Origin: Patescibacteria group bacterium
Lineage (GTDB): Bacteria; Patescibacteriota; Microgenomatia; Levybacterales; UBA12049
Direction of reading: 5' to 3'
Length of the DNA stretch: 64,000 bases
Assembly: GCA_038063415.1 (NCBI GenBank)
Contig: JBBTVD010000006.1
Coordinates: forward strand, 9,948 to 73,947
Below the pieces are notes generated by a model. It worked only from the letters and a program-made list of their open reading frames with translations. It did no database searches and was not told the origin of the DNA. The translations under genes and the position numbers were made by a program. Positions 58,001-64,000 of this stretch are shown in pieces; the first letter of the stretch is position 1; each line of letters starts with the position of its first letter.

Positions 58001-59363
58001 GACCCTTGCCCTCCCTCCACAAAACTGGCAGATGTTTTCTGATCTGATGCAACGACGTGGCGTTGAAGCAACAGTCATTGGAACTTTCACAAAAAGCGGC
58101 AAATGTATTGTCACCTATCATGATAAAACTATCATGGATCTTGATCTTGCATTTTTACATGATGGGTTACCACAAAGACCCATGACAACAAGGAAACCCA
58201 AAAATGTCATTCTGGAGCGAAATGACAATGAAGCGATAGGATCTGTATCGAGAGATCCTATCAGTCGCTCTAGCTCCTTCCAGGATGACGGCAATAAAAT
58301 ATTGTTAAATATGCTCTCAAGACTCAATATCACCAGTTACGAATTTATTTCACAACAATATGATTCTATTGTTCAAGGAAGTGCAGTTCTTGGACCATTA
58401 CAAGGAAGAGGGAGAGTGAATGCCGATACAAGTGTTTTGAGACCAGTACTGACCTCACAAAAAGGTGTTATTCTTTCACAAGCATTATATCCTGCGTATA
58501 GTGACATTGATCCGTATGCAATGGCTGCAAGTACTATTGATACTGCTATTAGGAATGCTGTAGCAGCTGGAGCAAATCCTGATCAGCTAGCACTTCTTGA
58601 TAACTTCTGTTGGTGTAGCCCAGACGACCCAGAAAGACTTTGGCAACTAAAAGAGGCAGTAAAAGCCTGTTATGACTATGCCCTCGCCTATCAAACCCCA
58701 TTTGTTTCTGGTAAAGATAGTATGTTTAACAACTTCAATGGCTTTGATAAAAAAGGAAAGCTAATTAAAATAGCAATTCCACCAACGCTCCTTATATCTA
58801 CCTTTGGTGTAGTTGATGATATAACAAAAGTGGTATCCCTTGATAGCAAAAAAACAGGCGATCTTCTCTATATTTTAGGAGAGACATATGAAGAGCTCGG
58901 AGGATCAGAGTATTTTGCTTTACAGAATGCACAATCGCTGACTGTCCCACAGGTAAATGCGATAATTAATAGTAAACTTTACAAAACTCTTTATCAGGCA
59001 ATTCAAAAAAATCTTATTGCTTCCAGTACCAGTATTGGCAGAGGAGGACTTGCTGTCGCTGCGGCAAAAAAAGCTCTAGGAGGAATGCTTGGGCTAACGA
59101 TTGACTTACAAAAAATTCCTGGACAGCACACTCGAGATGATTTCGCACTGTACTCCGAAAGCCAAGGAAGAATTCTGATTACTGTTGCCAGGGAAAATAA
59201 AAACGCTTTTGAAGAAATAATACGAGGAAATACTTTTGCCAATATTGGTAAAATCACCAAAGATCCAGCAATAGAAATCACAGGTCTAAACGGAAAATCG
59301 ATTATAGAGATGTCACTCAAAAAAGCGCTCAAAGTATATAAGCAAACATTTAAAGATTACTAA
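55023..59363 (+). CDS. purL: fused phosphoribosylamine--glycine ligase (PurD) + PurS-like domains + FGAM synthase large subunit (PurL)
   Basis: 1446 aa. N-terminal PurD (ILIIGSGAREHALGWK, ATP-grasp). Middle PurS-like repeats. C-terminal small-type PurL (TWSEHCKHTIF, AIR-synthase-related domains). Confidence 0.9.
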   Translation: MKKKNNILIIGSGAREHALGWKFKQSPRIDKIYFAPGTAGTELIGKTTNIAFSDIPSLITFAKENAIDLTVAGPDDALAAGVVNSFQDNGLNIFGPTKEAAQIESSKAFAKKIMQEENIPTATYQTFTSFTKAKNYLQKQSLPIVIKASGLALGKGVIIAQTKEAAEKTLEDILIKKVFGDAGKEVIIEEFLIGPEISIHAFSDGENVSLFPAARDHKPIFEGNHGPNTGGMGTIAPLPEITDEQLEEIKKTIVLPIIQGLKKRGMPFVGCLYPGLILTKEGPKVLEFNARFGDPEMESYMRLLETDILDILIACTEGKLNKQRIIWSIQAACCIVLASAGYPVTSHKGDVIKGLEKVGKQKDIVVFHFATKKVQGVMRTNGGRVLGVTAVGKNLDEAVDKAYAAIGKDGIHFAGMQYRKDIGRIKKSKIIESDAGAKQSLPEKITRLEVFSKIPDTRAVVKKKKLQGVNEKIKKVSLADVYTIDKGFSENELQRIAETLSNPTTQSYTFSPNQSFKKKSFTWAIEIGFLPGVTDNIATTAKETIADLLDKPFNEGENIHTSQLIFLEGDINKKEAEEIATMLYNPLIQRMHLKSFKEYQKDNGMDIIVPKVKLEKEPEIREVNLSVSDEELTVIGKKGIANSDAIGARRGPLALDLVYMKIIQKYFKKLKRNPTDIELESIAQTWSEHCKHTIFADPIDEIKEGLFKRYIKQATEEIRKKKGKRDFCVSVFTDNSGGIAFDNEYLITHKVETHNSPSALDPFGGAITGIVGVNRDALGFGLGAKPVANMYGYCLADPRKDIPLYKGKNQTQKMLSSRRIMDGVIDGVNAGGNQSGIPTPQGFMYFDERYRGKPLVFVGTVGLIPRKIQGKLSHVKEAQPGDYIVMIGGRVGKDGIHGATFSSEALDSGSPASAVQIGDPITQKKLSDALVKEARDQLLYTSITDNGAGGLSCSVSEMAKESGGCLVELEKIPLKYPGLDPWEIWISESQERMTLALPPQNWQMFSDLMQRRGVEATVIGTFTKSGKCIVTYHDKTIMDLDLAFLHDGLPQRPMTTRKPKNVILERNDNEAIGSVSRDPISRSSSFQDDGNKILLNMLSRLNITSYEFISQQYDSIVQGSAVLGPLQGRGRVNADTSVLRPVLTSQKGVILSQALYPAYSDIDPYAMAASTIDTAIRNAVAAGANPDQLALLDNFCWCSPDDPERLWQLKEAVKACYDYALAYQTPFVSGKDSMFNNFNGFDKKGKLIKIAIPPTLLISTFGVVDDITKVVSLDSKKTGDLLYILGETYEELGGSEYFALQNAQSLTVPQVNAIINSKLYKTLYQAIQKNLIASSTSIGRGGLAVAAAKKALGGMLGLTIDLQKIPGQHTRDDFALYSESQGRILITVARENKNAFEEIIRGNTFANIGKITKDPAIEITGLNGKSIIEMSLKKALKVYKQTFKDY

Positions 59364-59505
59364 TATAAAAATGCTTGCATTATAGAAAGTGAGGAACAAA
59401 TTTTTCGCAGTGATCGATAGCGACGAAGAGTTGGAAAGAAATTATCTTTAACCATTTTCGCGTGGATCACAAGAAAAATTTCGTTCCGAACGATAATAAA
59501 TTTTT
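59364..59505 (+). promoter_or_regulatory. conserved leader upstream of purQ (paralog of 54885-55022); contains the palindrome CGTTCCGAACG
   Basis: Same conserved blocks as 54885-55022. cgttccgaacg is PurBox-like (CCGAAC). Confidence 0.5.
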
Positions 59506-60306
59506 ATGACAAAACCAAAAGCACTTATTTTTTCAGGATACGGACTGAACTGTGAAGAAGAAACCAAATATGGTTTTGAACTCGCTGGAGCAACAGCAGA
59601 TATCATCCATATCAACGATCTGATTGCGAACAAGAAACTACTTAACAACTATCAAATACTTGCTTTTGGTGGAGGATTTTCTTATGGAGATGATACAGGG
59701 GCTGGGAATGCCTTTGCCAATAAAACGCGTAATCACCTGTGGGAGACACTGAGTAATTTTATAGACAAGGATCATCTAGCTATTGGCATTTGTAACGGTT
59801 TTCAAATTATTGCAAATCTAGGACTTCTTCCAGCAATCAAAAATCAGTATGGAAAGAGACAAGCAGCCCTTGTCAATAATGAGTCGGCTCGCTATACGGT
59901 ACGATTTGTTGATCTCAAAGTTACCAATAAAACGCCTTGGCTTACGGGGATAAAAACGCTTTCGTTACCAGTTGCTCACGGTGAAGGCAAATTCTATACA
60001 ACAAAAGAAAACTTGATACTACTTAAAAAATATAAACAGATTGCCCTTACCTACTTCTCTGGAGAAGCCTGTGCATACCAAAACTATCCAGCAAATCCGA
60101 ATGGCTCACTTGCAGATATTGCCGGCATTACTGATCAAACAGGGAAAATTTTGGGATTGATGCCACATCCAGAACGAGCTCTCTTTTTTACCCAAATGCC
60201 AAACTGGCCACTACGAAAAGAAGAACTACTAAGGAAGAAAAAAGAATTGCCAATACAAGGATCTGGATTACAATTATTCAAAAATGCTGTACAATACTTT
60301 GGTTAG
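59506..60306 (+). CDS. purQ: FGAM synthase glutamine amidotransferase subunit
   Basis: 266 aa. GGFSYGD, GICNGFQ (catalytic Cys), AHGEG, MPHPER. Confidence 0.9.
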   Translation: MTKPKALIFSGYGLNCEEETKYGFELAGATADIIHINDLIANKKLLNNYQILAFGGGFSYGDDTGAGNAFANKTRNHLWETLSNFIDKDHLAIGICNGFQIIANLGLLPAIKNQYGKRQAALVNNESARYTVRFVDLKVTNKTPWLTGIKTLSLPVAHGEGKFYTTKENLILLKKYKQIALTYFSGEACAYQNYPANPNGSLADIAGITDQTGKILGLMPHPERALFFTQMPNWPLRKEELLRKKKELPIQGSGLQLFKNAVQYFG

Positions 60307-60312
60307 TCACTT

Positions 60313-61863
60313 ATGAAAAAATTTGCACTCATCAGCGTCTCAGATAAAACAGGTATTATAACTTTTGCAAAAGCATTAGTAGATTTAGGATATACGATCA
60401 TTTCAACTGGGGGAACAGCAAAAACTCTTGCGCAAAAAAATATCCCCCATACCCCAATTCAGGAAGTTACTGGTAACCCTGAAAGCTTTGATGGTCGAAT
60501 GAAAACCATTAGTTTTCAAATTGAATCAGGCATTTTATTTGATCGAACAAATCCCAACCATGTTGAAGAAGCAAAAAAACTGAAGATTAAACCAATAGAT
60601 ATCGTGGTATGCAATCTGTACCCTTTTGAAGAAACTATTAAGAAACAAAACGTTACCATGGATGAAGCAATTGAAAATATTGATGTAGGAGGTCCCACAA
60701 TGGTCAGGTCGGCAGCCAAGAACTATAAAAATGTCTTGGTCGTTGTCGAACCAAACGATTATAACCTGGTAATAAAAACCCTCAAAAATAAATCGACAGA
60801 AGAAACATTTCGGAGAGAACTTGCAGCAAAAGCATTTGGACACCTCTCCTTTTATGACGCGCAAATTGCTCAGTATCTACAGCTGGAAACCTTCCCCAAT
60901 GAAATTGTTCTGCCAGGAAGAAAATTACTCAATCTCCGGTACGGCGAAAATCCTCATCAGCAGGGAGCTGTTTATACGAGACCAAGTGTTACGACTCCAT
61001 TTAATGAGTTGACTAAACACTGGGGGAGAGATTTGTCACTTATTAACATCACCGATATTAATGCCGGACTTACCTCAGTACGGCTTTTTGGTGAACCAGC
61101 AGCAGCAGTAATCAAACACAATAGTCCCTCAGGGCTTGCTCTTGGAGAGACGATTGACGAAGCACTTACACAAGCAATTGTGGCAGATCCCGAATCAGCT
61201 TTTGGAGGTATTATTGTGCTCAATAAACCACTTGATTTGGCAACCGCAAAAATTGTCGGAGGATTTAAAGATGAACGACGAGGCAACATTGATATTATCG
61301 CGGCGCCAATCATTAAGAAGAATGCATTGGCTTTTTTGCAGAAGGTCAGAAAGACCATGGGGATTTATACCTTTGGTGAGATACCACGGGAAGAAGACCC
61401 TTGGAATCTTAAATGGATTGATGGCGGCTTTGTTCTCCAAACAGCAGATGTAGGTATCGCAGATTCATTTGGTAAATGGGAAATAGTGACCAAGAAAAAG
61501 CCAACAAAAAAACAACTGCTCCAGATGCAGATTGGTTGGAAATTTGTCAGTAGAATTCGTTCAAATACGATTCTGATTATGGATAAAAATCTGCCGATGA
61601 CCCGAGGCATTGGCTCAGGACAAACCTCTCGAATTCGCTCTACCAAAATTGCGCTTGAGCAAGCAGGAACAAAAACAAAAAGTGGCATTCTTGTGAGCGA
61701 TAGCTTCTTCCCCTTTCCTGATAGTGTTGAATTAGCCGCTAAACATGGTATTACCGCAATTGTCCAGCAAGGTGGTTCTATTAATGATACACTCTCAATT
61801 GAAGCAGCCGACAAAGCAGGCATTGCAATGGTCTTTACCCATCGTAGGGCGTTCTGGCACTAA
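60313..61863 (+). CDS. purH: bifunctional AICAR transformylase / IMP cyclohydrolase
   Basis: 516 aa. N-terminal MGS-like domain (ALISVSDKTGI...ISTGGTAKTL) and C-terminal AICARFT domain. Confidence 0.9.
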   Translation: MKKFALISVSDKTGIITFAKALVDLGYTIISTGGTAKTLAQKNIPHTPIQEVTGNPESFDGRMKTISFQIESGILFDRTNPNHVEEAKKLKIKPIDIVVCNLYPFEETIKKQNVTMDEAIENIDVGGPTMVRSAAKNYKNVLVVVEPNDYNLVIKTLKNKSTEETFRRELAAKAFGHLSFYDAQIAQYLQLETFPNEIVLPGRKLLNLRYGENPHQQGAVYTRPSVTTPFNELTKHWGRDLSLINITDINAGLTSVRLFGEPAAAVIKHNSPSGLALGETIDEALTQAIVADPESAFGGIIVLNKPLDLATAKIVGGFKDERRGNIDIIAAPIIKKNALAFLQKVRKTMGIYTFGEIPREEDPWNLKWIDGGFVLQTADVGIADSFGKWEIVTKKKPTKKQLLQMQIGWKFVSRIRSNTILIMDKNLPMTRGIGSGQTSRIRSTKIALEQAGTKTKSGILVSDSFFPFPDSVELAAKHGITAIVQQGGSINDTLSIEAADKAGIAMVFTHRRAFWH

Positions 61864-61867
61864 AATT

Positions 61868-62506
61868 ATGGATAAAAATATATGTACTATTTATATAGTC
61901 AGACATGGTGAGTCTGAAGCAAACCTTGCAGACGTGCGTGGAGCTGATACCAAATTAACCAAAACCGGCAAAAAACAAGTACAAGAATTTGCACAAAAAC
62001 ATAAGCATATTCATTTTGATGCCATTTTTTCATCTCCCCTAATTAGAGCGCAAGAAACAGCAACGATTATTGCTGAAGAAAGGAAACTCGAGATTCTCAC
62101 AAAAGAAGCCCTACGGGAAAGATTCTCAGGAGAGCTTGATGGAAAAAAGTATGAAGAGATAAAAGAAGAACTAACGAAGTATAATACTCAAAGAAAAGAA
62201 CTTCCCTATGAACAAGCAAAATCACTTGCTCCTGCACAAGGATACGAGAGTGACGAAATGATTATGTCACGTTTCATTACCGCGCTTAGAGAAATTGGTG
62301 TTGCCTATCCTGGCAAAAGAGTACTTGTTGCAGGTCACTGGGGGCTTATGCGTACCTTTCTTGTCCATACAGGATACAAGACTTTTAAAGAGCTTATTGG
62401 GTATAAATTTAACAACCTCGCATCGATTATTATTCAAACAGATGGCGTAGATTTTTTTATTATGGAAGTAAATGGACTCGAAAAGAATCCTAAGTACATG
62501 GTATGA
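61868..62506 (+). CDS. histidine phosphatase family (phosphoglycerate-mutase-like) protein
   Basis: Start at MDKNICTIYIVRHGESEANL (RHG motif). The upstream part of the longer ORF overlaps purH and is rejected. Confidence 0.7.
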   Translation: MDKNICTIYIVRHGESEANLADVRGADTKLTKTGKKQVQEFAQKHKHIHFDAIFSSPLIRAQETATIIAEERKLEILTKEALRERFSGELDGKKYEEIKEELTKYNTQRKELPYEQAKSLAPAQGYESDEMIMSRFITALREIGVAYPGKRVLVAGHWGLMRTFLVHTGYKTFKELIGYKFNNLASIIIQTDGVDFFIMEVNGLEKNPKYMV

Positions 62507-63954
62507 GCAATCTTTTTTCATCTTATCAATCAACATTTTCCTGGCGATATGGTTCAAAACCCATGCGAGAAATTTTTAGTGAAGAAAATAAATATAAACT
62601 TTGGAGAAAAATTTGGGTTGCACTCGCAATGGCACAATATGATGCAGGACTTATTACCAAAAAAGAACTCACTGATCTGAAGAATAACCAGGAGAATATT
62701 GACATCAATCAAATTCTTGAACATGAAAAAAAGACACGACATGACGTTGTTGCAGCGATTAAAGAATTTGCGGCAAAAGCAACAGATGGTGGTGGCAAGA
62801 TTCACCTCGGGGCAACCAGCATGGATATTGTCGATAATACTGATGCGATCAGGACACAACAGGCATTACACATCGTTGAGGAGAAAATTCTAGCAATTCT
62901 TGCAATCCTTACCGAAAAAATTGAACAATATGCGGATCATGTCTGCATGGGATATACCCATCTCCAACCAGCAGAACCAACAACAGTCGGGTATCGATTA
63001 AGTGTGTATGCTCAAGATCTGTTGACAGATTATCACTTCCTGCAATTTGTTAAAAAAGAAATCAAAGCAAAAGGGATGAAAGGAGCCGTCGGAACGGCAG
63101 CAAGCTATACGGCAGTACTCGATCGTCATTCTGGGGAGCAGAGCGACTCCAGAATCGATTCTGGTCAAGCCAGAATGACAGCCATGGAAATGGAACAAAA
63201 CGTTATGAACCAATTGGGTATTGAACCCGCAATTATTAGCACACAAGTTTCTCCTCGAAAATATGATTATTTAGTACTGACACTGCTTGCCAGTATCTCC
63301 TCAACGTTTGCTAAGTTTGCCGGAGATTTGCGATTACTCCAGTCACCTAGCATTGGGGAATGGGCCGAGCCATTTGGCAAAAATCAAGTTGGCTCAAGTG
63401 CTATGCCTTTTAAACGAAATCCTATCAATGCTGAAAAAATTTGTTCACTTGCTCGTTATGTGGCAGCACTACCTACGGTTGCACTTGAAAATGCTACCCT
63501 TTCATATCTCGAGCGAACACTTGATGATTCAGCCAATAAACGAATTGTCATGCCAGAGGCATTCCTTGCAACAGACGAGATATTACAAGTTGGAGAAAAA
63601 CTGCTTTCGGGTCTGGTCATTAATGAAAAGAAAATTGCTTTTAACCTTGCCCAATATGCTCCTTTTGCAGCAACAGAAGCAATCCTTATGGAAAGCGTCA
63701 AACAAGGGGCAAGCCGTCAAGACATGCATGAAACACTTCGGGATATTTCTATGAAAGCATGGGGAGAGGTGCAAGAAGGCAAACCAAATCCTATGGAAAA
63801 ACTTTTAAGGGAAAATCAATCCATTCTGAAATATCTTTCGAAAGAACACATTATTTCACTGATTGAAGTAAAGCATCATATTGGTAATGCTCCAGAACGA
63901 GCAAAAAAATTAGTAAGGAATATTGAAAAATTAAAAAAAGGAAGTAAACTATAA
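62503..63954 (+). CDS. purB: adenylosuccinate lyase
   Basis: 483 aa. Fumarate-lyase signature GSSAMPFKRNP. Contains an in-frame palindromic insert (63125-63179). Confidence 0.9.
   Translation: MSNLFSSYQSTFSWRYGSKPMREIFSEENKYKLWRKIWVALAMAQYDAGLITKKELTDLKNNQENIDINQILEHEKKTRHDVVAAIKEFAAKATDGGGKIHLGATSMDIVDNTDAIRTQQALHIVEEKILAILAILTEKIEQYADHVCMGYTHLQPAEPTTVGYRLSVYAQDLLTDYHFLQFVKKEIKAKGMKGAVGTAASYTAVLDRHSGEQSDSRIDSGQARMTAMEMEQNVMNQLGIEPAIISTQVSPRKYDYLVLTLLASISSTFAKFAGDLRLLQSPSIGEWAEPFGKNQVGSSAMPFKRNPINAEKICSLARYVAALPTVALENATLSYLERTLDDSANKRIVMPEAFLATDEILQVGEKLLSGLVINEKKIAFNLAQYAPFAATEAILMESVKQGASRQDMHETLRDISMKAWGEVQEGKPNPMEKLLRENQSILKYLSKEHIISLIEVKHHIGNAPERAKKLVRNIEKLKKGSKL
63125..63179. repeat. 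in-frame palindromic repeat element copy (in purB), 55 bp
   Basis: gtcattctggggagcagagcgactccagaatcgattctggtcaagccagaatgac, encoding RHSGEQSDSRIDSGQARMTA. Confidence 0.7.
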
Positions 63955-63958
63955 AATT

Positions 63959-64000
63959 ATGAAACCTCTTATTAGTATTATTCTAGGTTCTGACTCTGAC
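63959..64000 (+). CDS. purE: N5-carboxyaminoimidazole ribonucleotide mutase, N-terminal fragment (runs off the window)
   Basis: MKPLISIILGSDSD is the characteristic PurE N-terminus. Starts 5 nt after the purB stop. Confidence 0.6.
   Translation, partial: MKPLISIILGSDSD

Noticed and set aside
1-64000. CRISPR arrays or cas operons.
   Set aside because: No regularly spaced short direct repeats were seen anywhere. The only Cas4-like protein (34013-34768) has no cas1/cas2 neighbours.

Overview
Low-GC bacterial window made of two parts. Positions ~1-37243 form an accessory region packed with defence and mobile-element genes: a SIR2-HerA pair, a DUF2779 dual-nuclease protein, a giant Hhe-like SF1 helicase-nuclease with a divergent SIR2-like gene, a four-gene operon of unknown proteins (one carrying an Abi_2/HEPN-type RxxIAH motif), a complete Type I R-M operon with an extra gene between hsdS and hsdR, a Rad50/SMC-like ATPase plus Cas4-like nuclease pair, and a phage-type packaging module (ParB-methyltransferase, TerS-like, TerL). 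Two paralogous large serine recombinases sit at 7754-9055 and 35728-37062, each preceded by a small membrane-anchored secreted protein. The second recombinase lies next to tRNA-Gln(CUG) (37244-37317, minus strand), and an att-arm-like paralogous sequence recurs at ~14776-14964, so I read this as two related integrative islands in tandem at tRNA-Gln. Each of the two main defence operons is preceded by the same XRE + HTH_17 (MerR/excisionase-like) regulator pair. The core part (37544-64000) encodes UPF0182, a TerC-like protein, dgkA, a PAP2-like phosphatase, gltX, a D,D-carboxypeptidase, archaeal-type aspS, recJ, an alpha/beta hydrolase, cca, a YqeY-like protein and a purine-biosynthesis cluster with unusual fusions (PurF-PurN, PurD-PurS-PurL), purQ, purH, a histidine phosphatase, purB and the start of purE. 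The most striking signal is a short palindromic repeat element inserted in-frame, and in the same reading frame, into three housekeeping genes (recJ, cca, purB), adding a conserved 'DSRID(S/P)G...ARMT' peptide. This recalls Rickettsia palindromic elements. A conserved ~115-nt leader is duplicated upstream of two pur operons. No CRISPR array and no rRNA were found.
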